Origin: a virus
Taxonomy: Duplodnaviria > Caudoviricetes
Length of the DNA stretch: 62,857 bases
Direction: 5' to 3' (one strand)
Virus record (IMG/VR): IMGVR_UViG_3300010293_000004
Span: 1-62,857 of that record
The stretch's first letter is position 1. Each line of letters begins with the position of its first letter. The notes under the pieces were generated by a model. That model was not told where the DNA came from and ran no database searches. It was given only the letters and a program-made list of their open reading frames with translations. Below, one piece after another: positions 49,602 through 60,100 of the stretch. The translations under genes were made by a program, and so were the position numbers.

Positions 49602-49701
49602 TCTATTAAAATAAGTCGATAAAGGAAAAACTTAGCAAGAGCTTGCAAGTTTAACAAGAGGCTAATTGTAACCAAATAGTAGTAAAAAGTTTTCATAATT
49701 C

Positions 49702-49775
49702 TGGTGCTCCTAGTCTGATTCGAACAGACGAACATCTTTTTAGAGAAGACTACTTTTCCGCTAAGTTATAGGAGC
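49702..49775 (-). tRNA. Amber suppressor-type tRNA, anticodon CUA, CCA encoded
   Basis: Acceptor stem GCTCCTA/TAGGAGC-A-CCA; D arm ACTT-AGCGGAA-AAGT; anticodon arm GTCTT-CT CTA AA-AAGAT; T arm GTCTG-TTCGAAT-CAGAC. Confidence 0.93.
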
Positions 49776-49784
49776 AATATACTA

Positions 49785-49813
49785 ACTGTAGCATCAAAAT
49801 TTAACTTTAACAA
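49785..49813 (-). promoter_or_regulatory. Sigma70-type promoter for the tRNA
   Basis: TTGTTA-17 nt-TACAGT with a TG extended -10, ending 9 nt before the tRNA 5' end. Confidence 0.55.
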
Positions 49814-49901
49814 GAAAAACGGTAAATATTATTGTTCATTTGAACTTATGCAATCCTTGCGTAAAGACATAGAACGTCATAATTCTAAAAAGGAGACAAT
49901 T

Positions 49902-50558
49902 ATGGGTAGACCAATTAACAAAAAATATTTTAAGTCCGGCGACGGCAACCAGTTAGGTATCCGTGCTAAAATCGGATCAAACGCAGAAGGCGATGGCTTC
50001 ATCCTTTCACAGCGTTCAAACAAGAAGTTTAAAGTTCAAGTCGGTCAAAACGTTGGCATTTGCACAATCGTTGACAAAGCAAACGGTTCATTAGCAGCAG
50101 GTGAGATGACTATTACAGTTACAAACGATGCTGGTGCACAAGTTCGCGTTAAGAAATTAACAAACCGTGCAGCATGGCCATATGCTGGTGGTAAGACACC
50201 ATGGACATTTGTAGTTTCAACTACAGATAACAAGGTTCAAGCAGCAGATGCAACTGATCCAGCAACTATTGTTGTTTCGACACACCCAGATGATGTAACC
50301 AGCACAACTACTGCATCGTTTAGCGTTGCAGCAGCAGCATCAGCTGGCACATACACACTCAAGTATCGTTGGCAAGTTTCTACTGACGGCAACACCTGGG
50401 CAAACATCACAAATGGCGGAGTTTACAGTGGCGCAACAAGCGCAACTTTAAGCATCAGCAATGTTACTGGTTTAAATGCAAACCAATACCGCGCAGCTAT
50501 TTCTGCAACTGGCTTAACAACAGTCAACTCAGCATCAGCAGCTTTAACAGTAGCTTAA
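49902..50558 (+). CDS. Virion protein with a C-terminal Ig-like domain
   Basis: The likely start is ATG 49902 (AAGGAG RBS), not 49848. YRWQVSTDG..W...ATLSI...QYR motif. Confidence 0.7.
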   Translation: MGRPINKKYFKSGDGNQLGIRAKIGSNAEGDGFILSQRSNKKFKVQVGQNVGICTIVDKANGSLAAGEMTITVTNDAGAQVRVKKLTNRAAWPYAGGKTPWTFVVSTTDNKVQAADATDPATIVVSTHPDDVTSTTTASFSVAAAASAGTYTLKYRWQVSTDGNTWANITNGGVYSGATSATLSISNVTGLNANQYRAAISATGLTTVNSASAALTVA

Positions 50559-50575
50559 TTTAAAAGCATTACACT

Positions 50576-50601
50576 AGAAAAGGCAGGTGACTGCCTTTTC
50601 T
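50576..50601 (+). terminator. Intrinsic terminator
   Basis: agaaaaggcag-GTGA-ctgccttttct. Confidence 0.85.
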
Positions 50602-50648
50602 TACCTTTGTTTGATTAAGATAAATAATAAGAACTATAGTGGATTATT

Positions 50649-51293
50649 ATGGCTACAACAAAAAGAGTATCATCAGCGTATTCTATTAACACTTTTAACA
50701 GTGATCCAATAACTCTCGACACTCGAAATGCCGATAGTATTGCGTCGTCAGTGTACATTTACGGAAATCTTATAGTAAGTGGAAATTCGTCACAGGTTAA
50801 TTCGACTAACTTAACAGTAAACGACAATGTAATTACTCTCAACGATGGCGAAACACAAAACGGAGTTACTGCTGGGTTTGCAGGGATAGAGGTAGACAGA
50901 GGATTGCAACCGACGGTAACGTTACGCTGGTTTGAACCTTTTCAAAAGTGGCAAATTACAACAGACGGAACAACATACGCTAATATCGCAACCACAGTTG
51001 CAGAAAGTTACCTCACAGCAATAGTTGAAGACTTAAATCCATATTTGGGTGCAAATTTAAATGTTAACGGCTTCAGCATTGTGTCTACTACACCTGGGGA
51101 AAACATTTCTTTTAATGCACCACTTCAGTTTACTACCGTAACTAGTACTCCGACACCGGTTGTCGATCAAACATTAGTGTATGCAGCTCCGTCAACGGGT
51201 GGGGGCACTGGATTATATACCTCTAATGTTGAATTTCCTGATAGAGAACTAGTGTCAAAGAAAAAAGCACTTGCGTATGCAATAATATTTTAG
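50649..51293 (+). CDS. Virion structural/fibre-associated protein; ends in TAG
   Basis: GNL.V.G..S.VNSTNL.VND..ITLN module shared with the fibre genes; TAAATA at 50621. Confidence 0.65.
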   Translation: MATTKRVSSAYSINTFNSDPITLDTRNADSIASSVYIYGNLIVSGNSSQVNSTNLTVNDNVITLNDGETQNGVTAGFAGIEVDRGLQPTVTLRWFEPFQKWQITTDGTTYANIATTVAESYLTAIVEDLNPYLGANLNVNGFSIVSTTPGENISFNAPLQFTTVTSTPTPVVDQTLVYAAPSTGGGTGLYTSNVEFPDRELVSKKKALAYAIIF

Positions 51294-51302
51294 GATTAAA
51301 AC

Positions 51303-51611
51303 ATGGCTATTCAAAACGTAATTTTAGGAAATGGATATAATTGGGTATATACTAGTACTGGGCAAACAGCGTTAACTGCGGTTTATCTATGTAATTCAAC
51401 ACCGACTACTGTGAGTTTTAATCTTTATGCAGTTCCGAACGGAGCAATTCCCGATGTTAACAATTTAATATATTTCGGAGTTCCTATTGCAGGTACAGAC
51501 ACATATGTTATAGATACCGAAAAATTAATTTTTGGCGATAATGACTCGTTAGTAGCAACTATATCAGACGCAGGGTCAACTACAGTAACTATTAGTTCGA
51601 TGGAGTTATAA
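51303..51611 (+). CDS. Small beta-rich structural protein
   Basis: 102-aa ORF in the late operon. Confidence 0.65.
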   Translation: MAIQNVILGNGYNWVYTSTGQTALTAVYLCNSTPTTVSFNLYAVPNGAIPDVNNLIYFGVPIAGTDTYVIDTEKLIFGDNDSLVATISDAGSTTVTISSMEL

Positions 51612-52033
51612 TGGGTCGGTACATTAAGAACTTCGAAGTTGGAACTAGTGCATACGTTGCAAGATTACCTCTTGGTGAAGGATTAAACTCCCCTGACTTT
51701 CCAGTTGACGGCACCGCGAGGTTTAATCCAACAACTGGCCAGGTTGAATATTATTCAGATAACAACTGGAGACAAGTTGCTAAAGCCGGAAAAGTTAACA
51801 TTATTAAAGATAATTTTTTCCCCAACGGGAATGCAACTAGGTACGGGCCTCTCTCAAAAACTTATCTTCCAGGAGAAGAAGAATTTATGCTTGTATTTGT
51901 TGGGGGAGTTTTTCAAAATCCTGGAACAGCATATATTATTTACGATGGAGATTTTGTTGAGTTTTCGAGCCCTCCGCCAGTTAATGACACAATAGTGGTG
52001 TTGCACAATTTTAATAGCACAGTTACGATTTAA
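51611..52033 (+). CDS. Structural protein
   Basis: G.ARFN....EYY and VFVGGVFQ.PG.AY...F..PP modules, also present in downstream genes. Confidence 0.65.
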   Translation: MGRYIKNFEVGTSAYVARLPLGEGLNSPDFPVDGTARFNPTTGQVEYYSDNNWRQVAKAGKVNIIKDNFFPNGNATRYGPLSKTYLPGEEEFMLVFVGGVFQNPGTAYIIYDGDFVEFSSPPPVNDTIVVLHNFNSTVTI

Positions 52034-52065
52034 ATTAAGAAATAAATAAGATAATCGGATAAGTA

Positions 52066-55000
52066 ATGGCGATTGGAAAAATATCTGGAGCAATGCTCCG
52101 GTCTAACTTAGATAGGCAAGGTGTAGATTTACAATTCTCTACATACAACCAACCACTAGTATATCTAAATTTTGCATCCTTCTTGGTAGGTATCAACACT
52201 AGTTCCCCAACAGAAACAATGACTGTTGACGGGACCTTTAACGTAAGAAACATCTTACTTGAAGACGGTGAAAGTGGTCCAACAATAACCACAACAAATA
52301 ATGCCCACCTTCGCATTGCACCCGAAGGAAATTTAAAACTTGGTGACGTATATAAGGTAAAAATAGAAGGTGGTGACCCTAACGACCTTCTTATTACAGA
52401 CGGTAATGGCAACCTATCCTGGACGAACCTAGAAGACTTAAGTGGGGCTATTGGCCTTGATGGTATGCACATAGCATTAACAGAACCGTCAGACGGTAGC
52501 TTAGTAGATTGGGCAGCATACCGCAACTTTACCGAAGCCACCACAGTAACAGACGCAATCGACACGCTAAACCAAGTAATGCTTAACGTGTACCAAAATA
52601 CCTACGTTGGCTCAGCCGACTTTACCGCCAACATTGTAGCAGGACCAGCCCCTCTTACGGTGCAGTTTACTTCTACAACAACCGGGAACCCTACAAACTA
52701 TCATTGGGATTTTGGTGACGGCCAAACAAGTAACCTTCCTGACCCAACACATACGTTTACTAACCCAGTGGGCGGATTCTACGACGTATATTTTAAAGCA
52801 TTTAACAATACAGGAACAGATGCCGGCAATGGACAAGGATCGTTTGCTGATGTATTAAAAGATAATTACATCACCTTATACACCCCAATGCCAGTGCCGT
52901 TGTTTAACCTGCCAACTGTAACCATAAACGACGGCAATACAGTGTCGCTCACTAACACTTCGCAGTTTGCGTTAAGCTACGTAATACAGTGGGGCGATGG
53001 ATCATTTGACATAATATCAGACAACAACCAGCCAGGTGGTATCCATGGTGGACCTATTGCTCACCGGTACAACAACACCAACGGCGACACACGGTACAAC
53101 ATTACCGTAGAAGCATATAGCCCAACCGCTGGCCCGGGCGGTGAGAGTGTCACATCCGCTCCTACATTGGTAAAAGTATATAGCACTCACCTTCCGCAGT
53201 TTACGGCTACTAACACTTCCGGTATCAACCAACACGACACTGTACCAAACGGCTTAAACGTTGTATTTACTAACACAACCCCAAGTAACCCAGGATCAAC
53301 TGCTACATTTGGCAGCGGAAACTACTACCGTTGGGTATGGGGTGATGGTACCTTTACAACCGTAAACATCGCCAGCGGCCAGCCAGGTGATACAGCACAG
53401 AATATTACACACGCATACACACTATCAGACCCAACCGTTCAGCAAACCTTTAACGCATACCTCGAAGTATATAACAGTCACACCTCGTCGCGGTTTATCT
53501 CATCCCAAACAATTGTTACTGTTATTCCAGCTGCTACTGCTCAATTTACAGCAACAGTTGGGACACTTAGTGATCGCCCCGGTGATAACGACAAAGTTGG
53601 CTATCTTTACACTGACTTAAACGGCGTATATAGAGGTAATTTCGTTTTTGATAACACTTCGTTTAACACAGACTCATATACCTGGGTGTTTGGAGATAGC
53701 ACAACACAAGGTCCATTGGTAGAAGGAGTGTCTGGTACTCCAACCGGAGCAGATTTGTTACACTCGTATAACGCTAATGGGGTATTCAGTCCACAACTAA
53801 ACGTTAGTGGGCCAACTGGTGCAGATTCGTTAATTCGGGTTAACTACCTAACTGTTAACAATCCACCAGTACCCCCAGCTAACGTGTCAACTAAAACGCT
53901 AACGATAGCAAGTCTTAACGCAGATGCAGCAGTGACAGCAGGTTACACAGATAGCTCAAGTAGCGGACCAGCAGCTGGTACATTAGTAAATCGCATTACA
54001 ACAATGTCACCGGTAGTTACTAATACACTAACTGATGTTTATAACTCGCACAGTGGTACACTATCAGCACTGTTTAACGGAACAAGCGACGGCAGTATAG
54101 CGTTCACTCCAGGCGATGACTCGGGTATCTATGGCTCGCTACAAATTACAGTAGACAGAGATGCACACTTAATGTCCCCATCTGTCTATCCAAGCAATTT
54201 CTACAAAGTATTCACTGGGCGTTTCTCAAAGAATACGTCGGGCGTAACAGTAGGGTACAACACAGTGCAGTTAAGCCACACAACAGAAGGTAGTACTAAT
54301 ACGTTAGGTTTTGTAAAAGATGACGTAACAGCAGTTCCTACACTAGACTACACTGGAGCACAAACGGTAGTAAGTACACCTGGTACCTACAAGTACATAT
54401 CTGGTGTTCCATACTTTACAACCGGTGGAGAAATATCTGTACAGAACGTGAAAGCTTACAACTGGATAGGCCAAACATATAAGCAAACAACTACACCACT
54501 TACTGTTAGTGCAGGAACACTTTTAGCGGGCTCAGGAACAGTAACTTCGTCTCAGAATAAGACTTACTTACAGATCAACGGAGCCACATCGTTCTTAACT
54601 AGTGGGATCCCAAATGTTAACACTGGTAAAACTTCAGCTACTCCATATACACTTGGTAACTTTAGCGTAAGCATTAACGGAACAACAGCAGTGACACAGA
54701 AACTTAACGTAAGGTTACAGAACGTTAACGGTAATAGCTCATTTTTAGAAATTCCAAACCCAGTTAATCTGTATAACACAACATACACCGGCTTTAATGA
54801 GTTAAGTATCCCTGTTAGCTTAACGTTAGGTAGTGCATATACAGACAACGGTAAGAGAATTTACATTGCAGGTGCAACAGGCGCTACCCCAGCGTTCAAC
54901 TCTGCCACCAACTACTACGTAAATAACCCGTTCCAAGGAGCAATCAACGTAGAAATCACCGATGAAGCCATTGTTCGCTTCGGGACTTTACACTACAACC

Positions 55001-55437
55001 AAACAGATTACAGCACCTACCTACCACCAGGCCCGAACCTGAGCATCCGTTCCGGAACACAGTATCTACGCTTTGCTTTCCGCAGAGCAACAATAGCAAA
55101 CTTTAAGCTCACATACTCCGGCCGAATCAGCGGCATATGGATCGCAGTCCCAGGCACACAAATTGATAGCACCAGTACGTTAAACAAATGGTTAAGTGCT
55201 CAACAGATCTACGCCGGCGCAGGTATTCCGGGTGCAAACACTGGAGCAGGTGGCAACGGCAGCAACGGTTGCGCGGTTACTCCAACAGATATTCCTACAG
55301 TAGGCACGTATGTATTAAACGACGAATGTAACCTAACGTTAGGTAGCGAAAACACAAGTAACTCAACTGGTAACATGGTATTAGTAAATATCGCGTTAGT
55401 GCCAGGTGATTACTTAGAAAGCATAAGCGTGAGTTAA
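52066..55437 (+). CDS. PKD-domain virion protein
   Basis: Four WDFGDG-type motifs (YHWDFGDG, IQWGDG, WVWGDG, WVFGDS). Confidence 0.75.
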   Translation: MAIGKISGAMLRSNLDRQGVDLQFSTYNQPLVYLNFASFLVGINTSSPTETMTVDGTFNVRNILLEDGESGPTITTTNNAHLRIAPEGNLKLGDVYKVKIEGGDPNDLLITDGNGNLSWTNLEDLSGAIGLDGMHIALTEPSDGSLVDWAAYRNFTEATTVTDAIDTLNQVMLNVYQNTYVGSADFTANIVAGPAPLTVQFTSTTTGNPTNYHWDFGDGQTSNLPDPTHTFTNPVGGFYDVYFKAFNNTGTDAGNGQGSFADVLKDNYITLYTPMPVPLFNLPTVTINDGNTVSLTNTSQFALSYVIQWGDGSFDIISDNNQPGGIHGGPIAHRYNNTNGDTRYNITVEAYSPTAGPGGESVTSAPTLVKVYSTHLPQFTATNTSGINQHDTVPNGLNVVFTNTTPSNPGSTATFGSGNYYRWVWGDGTFTTVNIASGQPGDTAQNITHAYTLSDPTVQQTFNAYLEVYNSHTSSRFISSQTIVTVIPAATAQFTATVGTLSDRPGDNDKVGYLYTDLNGVYRGNFVFDNTSFNTDSYTWVFGDSTTQGPLVEGVSGTPTGADLLHSYNANGVFSPQLNVSGPTGADSLIRVNYLTVNNPPVPPANVSTKTLTIASLNADAAVTAGYTDSSSSGPAAGTLVNRITTMSPVVTNTLTDVYNSHSGTLSALFNGTSDGSIAFTPGDDSGIYGSLQITVDRDAHLMSPSVYPSNFYKVFTGRFSKNTSGVTVGYNTVQLSHTTEGSTNTLGFVKDDVTAVPTLDYTGAQTVVSTPGTYKYISGVPYFTTGGEISVQNVKAYNWIGQTYKQTTTPLTVSAGTLLAGSGTVTSSQNKTYLQINGATSFLTSGIPNVNTGKTSATPYTLGNFSVSINGTTAVTQKLNVRLQNVNGNSSFLEIPNPVNLYNTTYTGFNELSIPVSLTLGSAYTDNGKRIYIAGATGATPAFNSATNYYVNNPFQGAINVEITDEAIVRFGTLHYNQTDYSTYLPPGPNLSIRSGTQYLRFAFRRATIANFKLTYSGRISGIWIAVPGTQIDSTSTLNKWLSAQQIYAGAGIPGANTGAGGNGSNGCAVTPTDIPTVGTYVLNDECNLTLGSENTSNSTGNMVLVNIALVPGDYLESISVS

Positions 55438-55440
55438 ACT

Positions 55441-57108
55441 ATGACTATTAGCACTACACAACAACTTGACTACTTATGGAAGAAATTAGGTTTTGGTTTA
55501 ACCAAGACAGATAACCCTGCCCTTAAGTCAGCGTTTAACGAAAGCATTGTTAGCCCACCGTTTATGCCTGGTAACGAAATCTGGGCAGAAGCAGAACAGA
55601 TTCCGGGTATTATCCCAGGAACGTCAAGCGGTGTAGTTGCAATATATGCAGGCACAAGTTGCATCGAATGCATAATGGACATCACCGCATCTAATAACAG
55701 GACTTGGCTAACGAACTTAACAGACTGGGTGCCACCGTTATATGGTTCAACCTATCAAGTTAAGGTATACTTAGATAGTACAGGCGCAGCTAATCCTACA
55801 GTAACAGGAACTCAACTTTACGCAGCAGGTAGCTCACCGGACGCGCAAGACGAATGGTTCTTTGATCACCAATCCGGTGTACTAACGTTTATCGGTACAA
55901 ACCTGCCCCCACATGCATTTACAGGGAAAGCAATTTACGTAAGTGGTGCTCGGTATGTCGGCGTAAAAGGTATGAACGTTGCAGCAACCGGAACGTTTGG
56001 TAATTTATCATTTACTGGCGATACCATTTCGTCAACGAACTCGATTATTTTAGACCCAACAACCGCAAACATCAGCGTATCAGACGCTATTGTTTCTAAC
56101 GTTGGGTACCCAGTAAGCAATACAGATGCAGCATCAGTGCAGTATGTGGTTGATCAGTTTAACTTGTTGCAATCAAACAGCGATATCATCCAACAAGGTA
56201 ATACATACGTTCAGGTCAACGATAACCCACCCGAAAGCTCTAGCAACGTTGTTATAGTAGTAGACGATATTTTAATGGCTACGGTTACTAACACTGCGGT
56301 GGTGTTAAATAACATTCCGTTAAGTAGCACCTCTACATTAACATTTAAGCCATCAAAACAAAGTTTAGCAGTCTTTAACTCAACAACAGCTTTACAACCA
56401 CCGAGCGGTTCAACTAGTCAACGGCCATCAAGCCCATACGAAGGCTTAATGCGATTTAACACTGATACAAAAACGTTAGAGTATTTTGATGGAGTAGAAT
56501 GGGTTTCGTTACGATATCAAGTTGACAGTCAGGTAATTGTAGGTAACCAGGTAGATAACACATTTATCTTAGCTTATGACGCTATTGAGACTACAATTTT
56601 AGTTAATATTAACGGTACTGTTAACCAACCTGGAACTGCTTATACAATTACACATAACAGTGGTAACACTTACATAGTATTCGCTGAGCCACCGTCAACT
56701 ACTGACGTCGTTGAAATAAGATTCTTAAACTTAGGTGCTGTTACTCCACCATCGATTATTCAGAAAGTTAGTTTAGCAAACAGCTTTGGCATTATAGTTG
56801 ACACTGATAATCAACCCGTTGAAGTTACACCGTCTGTTATTGACTCATTTGATATTACATTATATGATTGCGCTAAGTTTGTAGTTAAAGCAAAAAATCT
56901 AACAACTAACGAATTTCAGCTTACAGAAATGGTTGCGTGGTATGTTAATAGTACAACATTCTTAAGCGTAGGAACATCAACATTCTCGGGAATTGGCGAG
57001 TTTGTTAGCTTTAACGTTCATTTAGCTGGAAACCAGCTTGAATTATTAGCATTAGGTGACACAAGTAACATCTATCTTAAAGTTTACAAAACTTACTTTA
57101 CTATTTAA
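55441..57108 (+). CDS. Structural protein (baseplate/fibre-associated)
   Basis: Its C-terminal modules (G.MRFN, VNINGTV.PG.AY, AKFVV) are paralogous to the C-terminus of the 1680-aa protein. Confidence 0.65.
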   Translation: MTISTTQQLDYLWKKLGFGLTKTDNPALKSAFNESIVSPPFMPGNEIWAEAEQIPGIIPGTSSGVVAIYAGTSCIECIMDITASNNRTWLTNLTDWVPPLYGSTYQVKVYLDSTGAANPTVTGTQLYAAGSSPDAQDEWFFDHQSGVLTFIGTNLPPHAFTGKAIYVSGARYVGVKGMNVAATGTFGNLSFTGDTISSTNSIILDPTTANISVSDAIVSNVGYPVSNTDAASVQYVVDQFNLLQSNSDIIQQGNTYVQVNDNPPESSSNVVIVVDDILMATVTNTAVVLNNIPLSSTSTLTFKPSKQSLAVFNSTTALQPPSGSTSQRPSSPYEGLMRFNTDTKTLEYFDGVEWVSLRYQVDSQVIVGNQVDNTFILAYDAIETTILVNINGTVNQPGTAYTITHNSGNTYIVFAEPPSTTDVVEIRFLNLGAVTPPSIIQKVSLANSFGIIVDTDNQPVEVTPSVIDSFDITLYDCAKFVVKAKNLTTNEFQLTEMVAWYVNSTTFLSVGTSTFSGIGEFVSFNVHLAGNQLELLALGDTSNIYLKVYKTYFTI

Positions 57109-57191
57109 TAACATTAGTTTTTATTACTAACTCTATAGAGTTTATCCTTTGCGTCTTTTGGTAAATATAGATATGTTAAGGAGTAAACTTT

Positions 57192-60100
57192 ATGGCTGTC
57201 ACACGTATTAAAAATAATCAGATTTTCGACCAGACAATTACTGCGGAGAAAATCCAACCAGGTTCGTTAGTAGGAACATTGTTCAATCCTAACTTAACCT
57301 TAAATTCAAACGTTGTTATTAACGGTTCTTTAGCAGTTATTGGTGAGTCATCAACTGTTACATCAACGAACACTTACGTCAATGACCCGTTAGTAGTATT
57401 CAACAACGGTTACACTGGAACACCAACTTATGACGTTGGTATTTTAGTTAACAGAAACTTAAACCCATCAAACGCTGCATGGGTTTGGAGCGAATCAGAA
57501 GGTGCTTTCGTTGGCGTAATGACAACAGAAACAGGTACCACAGCAGGCGTAATCAACAAATCAACCTATGCTGCATTAAAGGTTGGAAGTTTAGCAGTAG
57601 TTGAGGGTGCTACATTGGGCAACTTATCGTTGTCTGGTAATACATTAGGTTCAACTAACACAAACGGTAACATTGTACTTGATCCAAATGGAACAGGCAC
57701 AATTAGCGTTAAGAGCTCAATTCTTCCAGATACAACAATCGCATACGACTTAGGTTCTGCAGACTACAAGTTCCGCACTTTATTTACAAACGTTGCTAAG
57801 ATCGGTTTAGGCTCAACAATTGGAACAAATAACGACGGCGACTTATTAATCACACCGTTAGGCGGCGACACAATCATTGCTAACTTATCGGCTAGCGGTG
57901 GTACATTCAGCGGCACCGTTATCTCTTCGAACGCACAGATCACTGGTGGTTCAATCGGCAACACACCGATCAGCGGTAGCACTGGTAGCTTCACAGCATT
58001 AAGTGCATCACAAGATGTAACATTTAATACAACTGGCGCAGTTACAATCACCCCAGGTACAACTGGTTCGATTAGCAACATGGCTGGTTCGTTTACTACA
58101 CTAGCTTCAAGCGGCACAACTACTTTAGCTAACATATCAGCAACAAGTTTGTCAACAGCAAACGCACAGGTTACAGGTGGCGCAATTACTGGTACTCCAA
58201 TCAGTGGCAGCACAGGTTCATTTACAACAATGACAACTGCAAACGCACAGATCAGCGGCGGCGCAATTACTAACACACCAATCAGCGGTTCAACTGGTAG
58301 CTTTAACACAATGACAACTGGTAACGCACAAGTTACTGGCGGATCTATAACAGGTGTTAGCACACTTGCAGCAACAGATGGTACAGTTACAAACCTAAGC
58401 AGCGGTAACGTTGCATTAACAGGTGGCACAGTAGCTGGTGTAACAATCACATCTAGCCCAATCAGTGGCAGCACAGGTTCATTTACAACAATGACAACTG
58501 CAAACGCACAGATCAGCGGCGGCGCAATTACTAACACACCAATCAGCGGAAGCACTGGTTCGTTTACATCATTGACTGCAGGTAGTGCAACATTTGGTAG
58601 CATCAATAATACACCAATTGGTAATGCAACTCCGTCAACAGGTGCATTTACAACATTGTCTGGCGGCACAACAACATTAGGTGATACTAGTGCATCAAGC
58701 CTTGCATCTGCAAACGTTGCAATTACCGGTGGTACAATTGCTGCAACACCAATCAGTGGATCAACAGGTTCGTTCACAACATTAGCATCAAGTGGCGAAG
58801 CATCATTGACATCTGTTGTAACTGCAAACGCACAAGTAACTGGTGGTGCAATCAGCAACACACCAATTAGCGGTTCAACCGGTGCATTCACAACTGTTAC
58901 AACTGCAAACGCACAAGTAACTGGTGGTGCAATTAGCAACACACCAATTAGCGGTGCAGCGGGCACATTTACAACAATGACAACTGCTGATGCACAAGTT
59001 ACAGGTGGTAGCGTAACTGGTTTAGCAACATTGGGTGCAACCAATGGCACAGTAACTAACTTTGCTTCAAGCAATGTAGCAATCACTGGTGGTTTAGCAA
59101 CTGGTTTAGCAACTGTTTCGGCAACTAATGGTTCAGTAACAAACTTTGCATCAAGCAACGTTTCTGTAACTGGCGGCGCAATTAGCGGCACACCAATCAG
59201 CGGCTCAACTGGCGCATTTACAACAATAACGACAGGCAGCATCATAGTTGCTTCTTTAAATGATATAGTAATCGGTAACGTAACTCCAGCAGCAGCAAAC
59301 TTCACAACATTAGGTGCAAGTGGCGCAGTTAGCTTCACCGGCACAACGCAGTCAACAGACAAAGACACCGGCGCAGTTGTTATTGAAGGTGGTTTAGGTG
59401 TTGAGAAGAATGTAAACTTAGGCGGCAGCTTAGGTGTTGTTGGTGACGCAGTTATCGGCGGCAACTTAACAGTTCAAGGCACAGTTACATCAGTTAATTC
59501 AACAGACGTTGCAATTTCTGACGTGAACCTAACATTAGCAAAAGACGCAACAAACGCAGCTCAAGCAAACGGCGCAGGCCTAACAGTTGCGGGTGCAGGT
59601 GCAACAATGGTTTACTCATCAACAAACGATGACTGGACATTTAACAAAGACGTTAATATTCCGAACCTAGGTTTAACAGGTGACGCAACTGTTGGTGGTG
59701 CAGTATCGGCAGCAAGCGCATCAGTAACTGGTCAGGCATCAGTTGGTTTGTTAGTAACTGCGAATGCACAAGTTACAGGCGGCGCATTAACAAGCCTAAG
59801 CAATGTTGAATCTGCAAACGGTGCATTCGGTAACCTAAGCATTTCTAACATCACAATTGCCGGCGGCGATATCACAGCAGACAGTTTAACAACTGGTAAT
59901 GCTCAGATCAGTGGTGGTGCAATTGCTGGTACTCCAGTTAGCGGTTCAACCGTTAGTGCAACAGTTTTAACAACTGCAAACGCACAGATCACAGGCGGTG
60001 CAGTTACTGGTACACCAATCAGTGGTTCAACAGGTAGCTTTACAACTTTAACATCAAGTGGCGAAACATCAGTTAACTCATTAGTGACTGCAAACGCACA

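Noticed and set aside
49562-49696. 44-codon hydrophobic ORF right after the tRNA (MKTFYYYLV...)
   Set aside because: It has no RBS, starts 6 nt from the CCA end and overlaps the structured RNA candidate. It is not excluded but is unsupported.
51291-51305. TAG read-through fusing the 214-aa and 102-aa genes
   Set aside because: The genes share a frame, but a TAA follows two codons after the TAG.
57129-57142. 14-bp palindrome aactctatagagtt upstream of a late promoter
   Set aside because: It is a single AT-rich copy with no second site noticed, so it could be chance.
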